Made by a program: the position numbers and the translations under genes. A stretch of DNA of 64,000 bases. Source: Clostridiales bacterium (GTDB lineage Bacteria > Bacillota > Clostridia > Lachnospirales > Lachnospiraceae). The notes under the pieces are model-generated. The model was not told the origin of the DNA and did not search any database. It saw only the letters and a program-made list of their open reading frames with translations. The stretch is taken from assembly GCA_021202655.1 (NCBI GenBank), contig JAJQCO010000231.1:25-64024 (forward strand), given 5' to 3'. This document shows, one piece after another, positions 35,415 through 45,434 of the stretch; position 1 is the first letter of the stretch; the number at the start of each line of letters is the position of its first letter.

Positions 35415-36071
35415 TCATGCCTCGCCCGGCCAGCTCTCATCTATCGCAATCAGCGAATCATACACGTGGATCCGCATCGCATCCTCCGCGACCTGACAAT
35501 CCTTCGATTCGATCCGATCCATCAGAAGCCTGTGCCAGTATCTCGGATACTCACACTTCGGCGCCTTCGTCTGAATCGCCTTGCACAGGATATAAAACAT
35601 ATTGATCTTCTTCAGCGCATCAACCATCAGCGGATTGCCCGTAAACTGTGTCAGCTTCGTATGAAACGCGATATGCGTATCGCTCGTATTGATGGCGGAC
35701 TGTGCGTCGTAAGGAACGGTATCCAACTCCGTCGCCATCCTGCGAAGCTCCGCATCCTGCTCCTCTGTCATATGTTCTGCCAGATATCGGGCCGACTGAC
35801 ATTCAATCGCCTCTCTCAGCTGGTAGCTCTGATGAATCTTATCCAGCGTGGGGATCGTTACAAAAGAACCCCACTGCGGCTTCGACTCCACCAGCATATC
35901 CTCTTCCAGCTTCTTCAGCGCCTCGATCACCGGGATCACACTGACGCCGGTCGCCTCCGCCATCTTCCTCCTGGAAAGCTTCATGCCCGGAGGATACTCG
36001 CCTGCCAGAATCTTTCTCGAAATAATCCTGTAAGCAATGTCCGACGCTGTCTGAAAGTTCTGTTCTTCCAT
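35415..36071 (-). CDS. GntR family transcriptional regulator (FadR/FCD subfamily)
   Basis: Winged-HTH region IAYRIISRKILAGEYPPGMKLSRRKMAEATGVSVIPVIEALKKLE, then an all-helical C-terminal domain. The ATG at 36071 follows GGAGGGGAG, and longer track starts would cover operator site 2. Confidence 0.85.
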   Translation of the reverse strand: MEEQNFQTASDIAYRIISRKILAGEYPPGMKLSRRKMAEATGVSVIPVIEALKKLEEDMLVESKPQWGSFVTIPTLDKIHQSYQLREAIECQSARYLAEHMTEEQDAELRRMATELDTVPYDAQSAINTSDTHIAFHTKLTQFTGNPLMVDALKKINMFYILCKAIQTKAPKCEYPRYWHRLLMDRIESKDCQVAEDAMRIHVYDSLIAIDESWPGEA

Positions 36072-36104
36072 CCACTCCCCTCCGTTGTTTTCATTTTGCT
36101 TCAT

Positions 36105-36118
36105 ATAACTGTTATAAC
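36105..36118. promoter_or_regulatory. GntR-type palindromic operator, site 2
   Basis: Exact ATAACTGTTATAAC about 35 nt upstream of the regulator ATG. Confidence 0.6.
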
Positions 36119-36206
36119 GCTTTATCTGCAACATGTCAATCCTGTTTTGCCTTTTTCCTTTTTTTTCGTCAGTATATACAAAAACAGTCCCTCTCTTTTG
36201 TTGAAT

Positions 36207-36220
36207 ATAACTGTTATAAC
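36207..36220. promoter_or_regulatory. GntR-type palindromic operator, site 3
   Basis: Exact ATAACTGTTATAAC, 102 nt from site 2. Confidence 0.6.
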
Positions 36221-36257
36221 ATTCTGTTACTCTCATCCATCTCTTACCACGGATCTC

Positions 36258-37448
36258 CTACTTCAATTCCTCCAGAATCGAATATCCAATCGTCCCTTCC
36301 GGCATGGAAAGCCCGAAGTTATCGACGATGGTCGCGCCGATGACGGCGAAGGTATCCTTTTCCGGCAGCGGCCCGCTCCCCTGCATGGACGGAGAGTAGG
36401 CGAGGAAGGGAACCTTTTCCCGGGTGTGGTCGGTGCCGGTATAAGTCGGATCATTGCCGTGATCCGCGGTGAGAATCAGAAGGTCGTCATGCTTTAAAAG
36501 CGGTAACAGCAGCCCCAGGTTGCGGTCAAACTTCTCGATTTCCCGGGCATAGCCGTCGGGATTGCGCCGATGCCCCCAGAGGGCGTCAAAATCGACCAGA
36601 TTGACAAAACAGAGGCCATGAAAATCCTCCCTTGCCACCTCGATCGTCTGTTCCATGCCATGGACGGAGCTCTGCGACTTTAAGGCGCGGGTGATGCCCT
36701 CGCCGTCAAAGATATCCCGGATCTTTCCGATGGAAATCACATCCAGACCGGCATCCTTCAGCACATCCAGCGCTGTCCTTCCGGTCGGCTTCAGCGCATA
36801 GTCATGCCGATTGGCCGTGCGCACAAACTCTCCCTTTTTCCGGCCCAGATACGGTCTGGCAATGACGCGCCCGACCTTCCACTCATCCCGCATGGTAAGC
36901 TCGCGCGCGATCTCACAGCAGCGGTAGAGCTCCTTTAAGTCAAAGGTTTCTTCATTGCCGCAGATCTGCAGAACCGAATCGGCCGAGGTATAGACGATCA
37001 TATGGCCGGTGGCGATCTCCTCCTCCGCCAGCTCCTCCCGGATCTCCGTGCCGCTGGCGCTCTTGTTGCCGATGACCTTATGGCCGGTGCGCGCCTCAAG
37101 CTCCCGGATCAGCTCCGGCGGAAAACCGGTCTCCGTAAAGGTGATAAACGGTTTCTTTCCCTCCAGCCCCATCATCTCCCAGTGGCCGGTCATGGTGTCC
37201 TTGCCGCGGCTCCTCTCATTGAGCTTCGCGTAATACGCCAACGGCTTCGCGACCGGCTCTGCCTGCCTTAGATGACTCAGATTCGCCATTCCCATTCTCC
37301 GGAGATTTGGAATCTCAAGCTGCTCCACGGATTCTGAGATATGCTCCAGCGTATTGACTCCCACATCTCCGAATTCCTTCGAATCCGCCATCTCCCCGAC
37401 TCCCAGCGAGTCCAGCACAATCACAAAGATCCGCCTGAATCTGTCCAT
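36258..37448 (-). CDS. deoB: phosphopentomutase
   Basis: The start is [28 protein letters not shown] and GHWEMMG motifs. The ATG at 37448 is preferred over the track start at 37523. Confidence 0.92.
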   Translation of the reverse strand: MDRFRRIFVIVLDSLGVGEMADSKEFGDVGVNTLEHISESVEQLEIPNLRRMGMANLSHLRQAEPVAKPLAYYAKLNERSRGKDTMTGHWEMMGLEGKKPFITFTETGFPPELIRELEARTGHKVIGNKSASGTEIREELAEEEIATGHMIVYTSADSVLQICGNEETFDLKELYRCCEIARELTMRDEWKVGRVIARPYLGRKKGEFVRTANRHDYALKPTGRTALDVLKDAGLDVISIGKIRDIFDGEGITRALKSQSSVHGMEQTIEVAREDFHGLCFVNLVDFDALWGHRRNPDGYAREIEKFDRNLGLLLPLLKHDDLLILTADHGNDPTYTGTDHTREKVPFLAYSPSMQGSGPLPEKDTFAVIGATIVDNFGLSMPEGTIGYSILEELK

Positions 37449-37528
37449 TCTGATTCCCCCAGCTGTCTTACATACACAGGGCTGCGTCCAGCTGACACCG
37501 GACACAGTCTGCTCGATAATCATAACCG

Positions 37529-37957
37529 CTACGCCAGATTTCCCGGCCCAAAACCGAGCGGAAGCAACTCCTTTAACGAAAACACCTCATACTGATCCCG
37601 GCTCACCGCAAGGATAATCTGAAATTCCTCCGGCCTGCAGAATTCCATCATCACCTGGCGGCAGACGCCGCAGGGCGGCGTATATTCCGTCGGCACGCCG
37701 TCCTTCCCGCCCACGATGCAGATGGCGCGAAACTCCCGCGTTCCCGCGCTGACCGCCTTAAAAAAGGCGGTGCGCTCGGCGCAGATGGTCGGCGTATAAG
37801 CGGCATTTTCAATGTTACAGCCGGTATAAATTTCACCGTTTTGGGCTAACAGCGCCGCTCCCACATGGAAATGAGAATACGGGGCATAGGAATGCCCCAG
37901 CTGTCGGATGGCCATATCAATCAGCTCCTGTATCTGTTCTCTCCCCAGCGTTTTCAC
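37529..37957 (-). CDS. cdd: cytidine deaminase
   Basis: Zinc motifs CAERTA and PCGVCRQ. ~142 aa if started at the GTG at 37957, which follows GAGGGG. The track start would overlap argH. Confidence 0.88.
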   Translation of the reverse strand: MKTLGREQIQELIDMAIRQLGHSYAPYSHFHVGAALLAQNGEIYTGCNIENAAYTPTICAERTAFFKAVSAGTREFRAICIVGGKDGVPTEYTPPCGVCRQVMMEFCRPEEFQIILAVSRDQYEVFSLKELLPLGFGPGNLA

Positions 37958-38024
37958 ATCGCACACCCCTCGTATTTCAGAATTTCTTTTCTCTCCATCG
38001 GGTTCCCCTCCGACTTTTTGCCGG

Positions 38025-39401
38025 TCATTCCTTATCCAGATAGTCCCGATAGACCGCAAGCACCTGCTCCATCGCCGCGCGTCCCGGCGCTCCGATGGTG
38101 GTGCGCTTCTCCACGCAGGTCTTCATGCTGATCGCCTCATAGACATCCTCATCAAAGACCGGACTGACTGCCCGAAACTCCTCCAGCGTCATATCATCCA
38201 GCGAGATGCCCTTCTCAATGCAGTGCAGCACCAGCTGGCCTACGATCCCATGAGCGTCACGGAAGGGAACACCGTGATTCACCAGATAATCCGCCGCATC
38301 CGTCGCGTTCGTAAAGCCGCGCTTTGCGCTCTCCTCCATCACATCCCTGCGGAAGCTCATCGTGGAGAGCATGCCGGTAAAGAGAGCCAGGCTGCCCTTC
38401 ACCGTATCAATCGCGTCAAAGGTCAGCTCCTTGTCCTCCTGCATATCCTTATCATAGGCCAGCGGGATGCCCTTCATCACCGTCAGGATGGAAACCAGCG
38501 CCCCATAGACACGCCCGGTCTTGCCGCGGACCAGCTCGGCGATATCCGGATTCTTTTTCTGTGGCATGATGCTGCTGCCGGTACTGTAGGCGTCGTCCAG
38601 CTCCACAAACCGATATTCATTGCTGTTCCAGATGATGATCTCCTCACTGAACCGGCTCAGATGCATCGCGATCGTCGACAACGCGCCAAGGAGCTCAATC
38701 ACATAATCGCGGTCAGAAACAGAATCCATGCTGTTTAATGTCGGCCCGTCAAAACCAAGAAGCTCCGCCGTACATGCGCGGTCGAGCGGATACGTCGTCC
38801 CGGCCAGCGCCCCGCTTCCCAGCGGGCAGGTATTCATCCGACGCCGGATATCCGCCAGACGCCCCCGGTCGCGGACAAACATTTCAAAGTACGCGCCCAT
38901 ATGGTGCGCGAGCGTCACCGGCTGTGCCTTCTGCAAATGCGTGAATCCCGGCATAAAGGTGTCCAGGTTTTCCTGCATGACCGCATAAAGCGTCTCCAGA
39001 AGCTTCTTTAAAAGCCCGTCGATCTCGTCGATCTCATCCCGGCAATAGAGCTTCATATCCAGCGCCACCTGATCGTTGCGGCTGCGGCCCGTGTGCAGGC
39101 GCTTGCCCGCCTCTCCGATCCGCTCCGTGAGAATCGCCTCCACGAAGGAATGGATGTCTTCATATTCCTCGGAGAATTCCAGCCTGCCCTCATCCAGATC
39201 CCGGCGGATCCCCTCCAGGCCTTCCGTGATCGCCCGGCAGTCTTCTTCTGAGAGAATTCCCTGCTTTGCCAGCATGGACACATGCGCCAGACTCCCCTGA
39301 ATATCCTGACGGTAAAATTTCCGGTCAAAGGAAAGGGACTCGTTAAAATTGTGTACCAGCTGATTTTCTTCCTTCGTGAAGCGTCCGCCCCATAATTTCA
39401 T
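38025..39401 (-). CDS. argH: argininosuccinate lyase
   Basis: MKLWGGRF start and GSSIMPQKKNPD signature. The ATG at 39401 has better spacing to GAGGAG than the ATG at 39407. Confidence 0.93.
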   Translation of the reverse strand: MKLWGGRFTKEENQLVHNFNESLSFDRKFYRQDIQGSLAHVSMLAKQGILSEEDCRAITEGLEGIRRDLDEGRLEFSEEYEDIHSFVEAILTERIGEAGKRLHTGRSRNDQVALDMKLYCRDEIDEIDGLLKKLLETLYAVMQENLDTFMPGFTHLQKAQPVTLAHHMGAYFEMFVRDRGRLADIRRRMNTCPLGSGALAGTTYPLDRACTAELLGFDGPTLNSMDSVSDRDYVIELLGALSTIAMHLSRFSEEIIIWNSNEYRFVELDDAYSTGSSIMPQKKNPDIAELVRGKTGRVYGALVSILTVMKGIPLAYDKDMQEDKELTFDAIDTVKGSLALFTGMLSTMSFRRDVMEESAKRGFTNATDAADYLVNHGVPFRDAHGIVGQLVLHCIEKGISLDDMTLEEFRAVSPVFDEDVYEAISMKTCVEKRTTIGAPGRAAMEQVLAVYRDYLDKE

Positions 39402-39407
39402 TTTCAT

Positions 39408-42215
39408 TCACTCCTCATCTTCGTTATCGTATCCGCTCCGGCCTGCATATCGCCGGTACATCCACTCGCCCAGCGTGACTGCCGTCAGGATCAGCGCGCT
39501 CCCAATCGTGATCAGCCACCCGGCGGAAAGTCCCTCCGGCTCATAATCCATGGAAACCGTGTGGCTTCCCGGATTCATCCAGACGCTCGTAAAGGCCCCG
39601 ATCATCCGGCAGGACGGCTGCTTTGCTCCATCCACGGTGATCGTCCATCCTCTGTCATACGGAATCGTCGTCATCAGATACCCGGCCTCCTCGCAGGAAA
39701 CCGTTCCCTCCAGATGGGTATCCGTCCAGCTTGTGATCTGCCAGGGATGCCGGGAAAGCGCCGCATAAACCTCCCTGAGACCCTCCTCCGAAAAACGGTA
39801 TACGCTGGCATTCAGCGCCTCCGAGGTATCCTGTCCCTTTAACGTCACCTCTTCGCCCGCATAACAGAAGCCAAGCTCCACCAGAAAACCGCGGTCGACA
39901 TTGGAAACGGTTTTATTTAAGGACATGGTCGACACCGAGACCTTTTCTATCTTTTTATTGCCGATAAAGGCATAATACTCTCCATTCTCCTGCGGATAAA
40001 AGGTCACGCTGTTCGCATTCGGATCGACATCCATCTGCATTTCCAGCACAACCGACGCATCCGCCGCGTCCGCCAGACTGTTCTGGACGTCCGCCGGATT
40101 GTCAAACTCCAGATTCCAGCGGCTTTCAAAATCCGACGCCACCGCAAATCCGACCGGCAGCGTGCAGACATTTTCATACAGCCACGTATCGCCCTCTCTC
40201 GCCAGAAAACGGCGCAGCCCCGAGGCCGTCGGTTCCTCCGAATAAATCCCGTATTTCACAGAAAACAGAGAATCGACAAGCGGCGTGCTGCCTGTGATGC
40301 TGTAAGCGTTCGTCGACGACTCACATCCCAGCTTCCGAAACAGATCCGACAGGTTCGCATCCGCCGTGGAGGAAAACAGGGACACGGACGGGAAATGCAT
40401 CCACGCGCCGTCGTTTTTCGTCTTGCGCGACACCTTCTCCATCCGGAAGAAGGTATCGTTTGGCGTCAGCGACGCCACAAGCGCCTCCACATCCGCATTG
40501 TCCTCGGTATAGGCCGTGCGGCTGGTCGTCGTCACACTGGTCACGGTCGTGTTGATCCCGGCTTCCACCGCCACGACCATCAGCGTGTACAAAAACGCCG
40601 CCTGGCGGAATCCTCCTCCCCTGCGGTACATGGCAATCGCGCCCAGATACAGCCCGAGAAACAGAATTGCCACATAAAATACAAGAAAATGAAAATCCTT
40701 CCCTGTCACCAGCTTCTGCGCCATCAGCACGAAAATCACCGCGGCCGCAAACGAAAGCGTGATTTTTTGCCAGGGCGTCTCATCCAGATACATGTACGCC
40801 CGATAACACATCGTCAGCAGAAGAAGAATATAGATATAAGACTGACGGCAGGGCAGGCTGTTCGGATAATGAAACCCGTGCCAGATAAAATTCAGAACAT
40901 TGATGGAAAAGCTGGCCATAAACAGCAGCAGGATCGTACAGGATACGGCCTTCTCTCTCGCGGAAATTCTCCGGTTCAGCAGATACAGCACAAACAGCAT
41001 CAGCACCGCCACGCCGCAGTAAAGATTCGGCCAGTGCTCCAGCCCGATCTCCACTTCCACATTGCCGATATGCCTCGCGATCATGTCAAAAATCGGAAAA
41101 TACTGCGTGTAGGTCTTCGGGAATGAAAATTCCCCGGAGGCCGTCACCTGCAGCGCGTAGATCTCCGGCAACAGCACAGCCGCGGCAAGCCCTCCCGCAA
41201 GCAGAGAGCTAAACGCGAAACGGAAGCTCCGCCCCACGAATTTCTCCCAGCTCATCTCTCCATCCAGCACCAGAAGCGCAATAAAATAAATCACCATGAA
41301 AATGCAGGTCATGATGGAAATGTAATAATTGGACAGGATCGAGCAGCCGAGCGCCAGGCAGTATAAAAGCGTCTTTCCGTCCTTTACCAGCCGTTCCAGC
41401 CCCAGCATCACCAGCGGGAACAAAATGATGCAGTCCAGCCACATAATATTCCAGCTGTAGGCCGCCATATAACCGGACAGCGCATAAAAAATGCCGAAAT
41501 ATCCGACGCCAAAATCCCTCGTGCCGCAGTGCTTTCGCAGATAATATGCCATCGAAAGGCCGCTCAGACCGATCTTTCCTACGATGGAGTATGTCATAAA
41601 TTCAATGACATACTTCGCCGGGCAGAGCAGAAGGAGCCAGTTGAACGGGCTCGCCAGGTAATACGCATAGAGGGCGGAAAAATTCACCCCCATGCCCACA
41701 TCCCAGCTGTAGAGCAGGCTTCCGCCAGTGGCAAGCTTATACTTAAACTCCGAGAAAAACGGGGCATACTGATGATACATGTCTGTCCGCAGGAAGGTCT
41801 CCTCCCCGAAAGGGAAGATTCCGCGCTGGATGAAAATGACAATCATCAGGAAGACCGGAACCAGAAACGCAATCGCCAGGCCGCCCCAGGAACAGGCCCA
41901 GGTATCGTCCGGCTCATAGAAAGACTCCTCATACGACTCCGGCAGCTCCCCAACCTCTGCTTCGCTGTCATGCCGATGCGCTTCCTCATGCTCCGTCTCC
42001 ACGTCGGATAAGGGCAGCTCCTCCGGTTCTTCCTCTGTCATGTCCACATCCGCCCGGCTCGTCTCTCCCGGCTCGTCTGCCGCCTCTCTTCGTCTCACCG
42101 GCCGTTCAAAGACGGCGATGGCGGCATCCATCTCATCCAGAAGCTCGGCGGTGGAACTCCTTCGCGGCGTCTCTGCGCCGTCCTCCGTCCCGTTTTCTTT
42201 CTCCACTTCCTTCAT
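39408..42215 (-). CDS. yfhO: YfhO family membrane glycosyltransferase with a ~105-aa acidic N-terminal extension
   Basis: 935 aa. DMYHQYAPFFSEF..LYSWDVGMGVNF..YYLASPFNWL is typical of YfhO, with many transmembrane segments and a C-terminal extracytoplasmic domain. Its start overlaps the gtrA stop (ATGA). Confidence 0.85.
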   Translation of the reverse strand: MKEVEKENGTEDGAETPRRSSTAELLDEMDAAIAVFERPVRRREAADEPGETSRADVDMTEEEPEELPLSDVETEHEEAHRHDSEAEVGELPESYEESFYEPDDTWACSWGGLAIAFLVPVFLMIVIFIQRGIFPFGEETFLRTDMYHQYAPFFSEFKYKLATGGSLLYSWDVGMGVNFSALYAYYLASPFNWLLLLCPAKYVIEFMTYSIVGKIGLSGLSMAYYLRKHCGTRDFGVGYFGIFYALSGYMAAYSWNIMWLDCIILFPLVMLGLERLVKDGKTLLYCLALGCSILSNYYISIMTCIFMVIYFIALLVLDGEMSWEKFVGRSFRFAFSSLLAGGLAAAVLLPEIYALQVTASGEFSFPKTYTQYFPIFDMIARHIGNVEVEIGLEHWPNLYCGVAVLMLFVLYLLNRRISAREKAVSCTILLLFMASFSINVLNFIWHGFHYPNSLPCRQSYIYILLLLTMCYRAYMYLDETPWQKITLSFAAAVIFVLMAQKLVTGKDFHFLVFYVAILFLGLYLGAIAMYRRGGGFRQAAFLYTLMVVAVEAGINTTVTSVTTTSRTAYTEDNADVEALVASLTPNDTFFRMEKVSRKTKNDGAWMHFPSVSLFSSTADANLSDLFRKLGCESSTNAYSITGSTPLVDSLFSVKYGIYSEEPTASGLRRFLAREGDTWLYENVCTLPVGFAVASDFESRWNLEFDNPADVQNSLADAADASVVLEMQMDVDPNANSVTFYPQENGEYYAFIGNKKIEKVSVSTMSLNKTVSNVDRGFLVELGFCYAGEEVTLKGQDTSEALNASVYRFSEEGLREVYAALSRHPWQITSWTDTHLEGTVSCEEAGYLMTTIPYDRGWTITVDGAKQPSCRMIGAFTSVWMNPGSHTVSMDYEPEGLSAGWLITIGSALILTAVTLGEWMYRRYAGRSGYDNEDEE

Positions 42216-42652
42216 ATGGCACGTTTTTCCTTCTTAAAGATAAACAATTTACTGAACAGGTAATTAAGCACCAGGGAAATCGCCGACACCACAATCTTGC
42301 AGAGCATGTCCTGCGTGATTCCCAGTCCGTCCACCATAACAATCATCGCTGCCATCGTAAACGCGCCGGTCGCCGCCCGGCACACCACAAACGGAGCGAA
42401 CTCCGACCAGACCTTCCCCGGGTGCAGATCCCAGCTCTGAAAGACAAACAGCTTATTCGTCACAAAGGCAAAGAGAACCGCCGCCACCCAGGACAGAGCC
42501 GTCGCGATCCGGTAATCGACGCTCCCCTGACGCAACGCCCAGTAGCTGATCCAGTCAACCAGTGTCGTCAGCACGCCAAAAATCAGATAGGAAATCGTCT
42601 CCCTGTTCACAAATTTATCCCATATTCGTTTCCACAAACTTCCAATCATCAT
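42212..42652 (-). CDS. gtrA: GtrA family protein (polyprenyl-phosphate-sugar flippase candidate)
   Basis: 146 aa with 4 transmembrane segments, ISYLIFGVLTTLVDW..FVTNKLFVF..LNYLFSKLFIF. Confidence 0.85.
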   Translation of the reverse strand: MMIGSLWKRIWDKFVNRETISYLIFGVLTTLVDWISYWALRQGSVDYRIATALSWVAAVLFAFVTNKLFVFQSWDLHPGKVWSEFAPFVVCRAATGAFTMAAMIVMVDGLGITQDMLCKIVVSAISLVLNYLFSKLFIFKKEKRAI

Positions 42653-42680
42653 GCCCTCATTTTCCGGATACGACGGGCGC

Positions 42681-43982
42681 TCAGACCTCCGCAGCCTTTT
42701 TGTCTACAATCAGCTTTTCGACGCTCACAAGCTTCACGCAGAGCGCAAACAGCTTCATGGCAATCTTTAAATCATCTAACGGCGGATACGACGGCGCGAT
42801 GCGGATGTTGCTGTCATGCGGATCCTTTCCGTAGGGGAAGGTCGCGCCGGCGCCGGTCATCACCAGTCCGGCCTTTTTGCATCTGGCCACGATGTGCTTC
42901 GCGCAGCCTTCCATGGAATCAAACGAGATGAAATATCCGCCGTTCGGCTTCGTCCAGGTTCCGATCCCCAGTCCGCCAAGCTCCTCCTCCAGCGTCTCTT
43001 CCACCGCCTCAAACTTCGGGCGCAGGATATCCGCGTGCCGGCGCATGTGCTCCACCATACCGTGAATATCCTTAAAGAAGCGGACATGGCGCAGCTGATT
43101 GACCTTGTCGTGGCCGATCGTCTGATACTTTAACTGCTTCTCGATATCCTCCAGGTTGTTGCTGGAAGCCGCGATCGCCGCGATGCCGGAGCCCGGGAAG
43201 GTGATCTTCGAGGTGGAAGAAAACTTATAAACCATATCCGGATTTCCCGCCCGCTTACATTCTGCCAGAATCTCAATCAGATGATCCTGATCATGGTCAT
43301 AAAGGTGATGAATGCCGTAGGCATTATCCCAGTAAATCCGGAAATCCGGAGCGGCCGGCTTCAAACGGGCCAGGCGGCGCACCGTCTGATCGGAATAGCT
43401 GTTTCCGGTCGGGTTGGAATACTTCGGCACGCACCAGATACCCTTGATGGAATCATCCTCCGCCACCAGCTTCTCCACCATATCCATATCCGGGCCGTCG
43501 CCGAGAAGCGGCACGTTGATCATCTCGATGCCGAAATACTCCGTGATCCCGAAATGACGGTCATACCCAGGCACGGGACAGAGGAATTTTACCTTGTCCA
43601 GCTTACACCACGGGGTGCAGCCCATCACGCCGTGCGTCATGGAACGGGAAACCGTATCAAACATGACGTTCAGGCTGGAATTCCCATAGATAATCACATT
43701 TTCCGGGGCAACCTCCATCATATCGCCGATCAGGATCTTTGCCTCCCGGATGCCGGTCAGGACGCCGTAATTGCGGCAGTCCGTGCCGTCCTCACAGATC
43801 AGATCCTCATCACTGTTCAGCACATCCATCATGCCCATCGACAGATCCAGCTGCTCGGCGCTGGGCTTGCCGCGGGACATGTTCAGCTTCAGATCCTTCA
43901 GCTGAAACTCCCTGTATTTTGCCGAAAGCTGTGTTCTCAATTCCTGCAATTCTTCCAGACTCAATTCCGCATATGGCTGCAT
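42681..43982 (-). CDS. PLP-dependent aminotransferase (class I/II fold; probable aspartate aminotransferase family)
   Basis: 433 aa. N-terminal LNMSRGKPSAEQLDLS and a PLP-lysine region FSSTSKITFPGSG. Co-directional with and immediately downstream of gatB. Confidence 0.7.
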   Translation of the reverse strand: MQPYAELSLEELQELRTQLSAKYREFQLKDLKLNMSRGKPSAEQLDLSMGMMDVLNSDEDLICEDGTDCRNYGVLTGIREAKILIGDMMEVAPENVIIYGNSSLNVMFDTVSRSMTHGVMGCTPWCKLDKVKFLCPVPGYDRHFGITEYFGIEMINVPLLGDGPDMDMVEKLVAEDDSIKGIWCVPKYSNPTGNSYSDQTVRRLARLKPAAPDFRIYWDNAYGIHHLYDHDQDHLIEILAECKRAGNPDMVYKFSSTSKITFPGSGIAAIAASSNNLEDIEKQLKYQTIGHDKVNQLRHVRFFKDIHGMVEHMRRHADILRPKFEAVEETLEEELGGLGIGTWTKPNGGYFISFDSMEGCAKHIVARCKKAGLVMTGAGATFPYGKDPHDSNIRIAPSYPPLDDLKIAMKLFALCVKLVSVEKLIVDKKAAEV

Positions 43983-43997
43983 TGCATTATCCTCCTT

Positions 43998-45434
43998 CTA
44001 TCTGCTCATCAGTTCCTCTACCAGCTGGTTGACCACCGCCGGATCGGCCTTGCCCTTCATGGCGCGCATGGTCTGTCCGACGATAAATCCCATCGCCTTT
44101 TTCTTGCCGGCCTTGAAATCCGCCACCGACTGCGGGTTCTTCAAAAGCAGCTCCTCTATCGTCTTTTTCAGCGCTCCCTCGTCGTTTACCACCTTCAGGC
44201 CATGCTCTTCCACATAAAGCTCCGGATCCACGTCGTCCCGGAAAATCGCCTCAAAAACGGTCCTTGCCACCGTCCGGTTAATGACGTTCCGGTCTACCAG
44301 ACCGATCAGCTTTGCCAGGTTCGCCGGTGTGAAATTCAGATCCTCCGGATCCTTCTCCGTCTCCTTCAGCAGACGCATGGCATCCGTCATCAGCCAGTTT
44401 GAAACCTCCTTCGGCTTGCCGCTTAAGGCCACCGTCGCCTCAAAGACATCCGCCAGGTGCTTGGAACCGGTCAGGATATCCGCATCATACAGAGGCAGGC
44501 CATATTCCTCCTGATAGCGGGCCAGCTTCTCCGGGCGCAGCTCCGGCTGCGCCGCCCGCACCCGATCCAGCCATTCGTCGCTGATCATCACCGGCACCAG
44601 ATCCGGGTCCGGGAAATAGCGGTAATCCTGCGCGTCCTCTTTCGAGCGCATCGCGTGGGAGGATTCCTTATTGTCATCCCAACGGCGCGTCTCCTGGATG
44701 ACCTTTTTTCCATCCTCAAGAAGCTCGATCTGACGCGTCCGCTCTCCTTCAATCGCGCGGGCGATCGCCTTGAAGGAATTCAGGTTCTTCATCTCTGTTC
44801 TCGTGCCAAACTGCGCCGCTCCCGCCTCACGAACCGACAAGTTCACGTCGGCGCGCATGGAGCCCTCCTGAAGCTTGCAGTCGGAAGCGCCCAGATACTG
44901 GATCGTCATGCGCAGCTTCTCCAGATAGGCGATAACCTCCTCAGCGCTGCGCATATCCGGTTCTGACACGATCTCAATCAACGGCACGCCGCTTCGGTTG
45001 TAATCCACCAGAGAGCAGTCCTCCCACTCGTCATGGATCAGCTTGCCCGCATCCTCCTCCATATGAATCTCATGGATGCGGACCTTCTTCTTTCCCGCCG
45101 CCGTCTCAATCTCGACCCAGCCGTCATGGCAGATCGGCAGATACAGCTGAGAAATCTGGTAATTCTGCGGATTATCCGGATAGAAATAATTCTTGCGGTC
45201 AAATTTGCAGAACTGGTTGATGCTGCAGTTTGTCGCCAGCCCGACGGCCAGGGCATATTCCACTACCTGCTTATTCAGCACGGGAAGGGAGCCAGGCATG
45301 CCGGTGCAGACCGGACAGGTATGCGTATTTGGCGCGCCGCCAAACGCGGTCGAACAGCCGCAGAATATCTTGGTCTTCGTCGCCAGCTCTACATGGACCT
45401 CCAGTCCGATGACAATCTCATACTGTCTGCTCAT
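43998..45434 (-). CDS. gatB: Asp/Glu-tRNA amidotransferase subunit B
   Basis: YEIVIGLEVHVEL, NRSGVPLIEIVSEPD, and a C-terminal YqeY-like tail. Confidence 0.95.
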   Translation of the reverse strand: MSRQYEIVIGLEVHVELATKTKIFCGCSTAFGGAPNTHTCPVCTGMPGSLPVLNKQVVEYALAVGLATNCSINQFCKFDRKNYFYPDNPQNYQISQLYLPICHDGWVEIETAAGKKKVRIHEIHMEEDAGKLIHDEWEDCSLVDYNRSGVPLIEIVSEPDMRSAEEVIAYLEKLRMTIQYLGASDCKLQEGSMRADVNLSVREAGAAQFGTRTEMKNLNSFKAIARAIEGERTRQIELLEDGKKVIQETRRWDDNKESSHAMRSKEDAQDYRYFPDPDLVPVMISDEWLDRVRAAQPELRPEKLARYQEEYGLPLYDADILTGSKHLADVFEATVALSGKPKEVSNWLMTDAMRLLKETEKDPEDLNFTPANLAKLIGLVDRNVINRTVARTVFEAIFRDDVDPELYVEEHGLKVVNDEGALKKTIEELLLKNPQSVADFKAGKKKAMGFIVGQTMRAMKGKADPAVVNQLVEELMSR

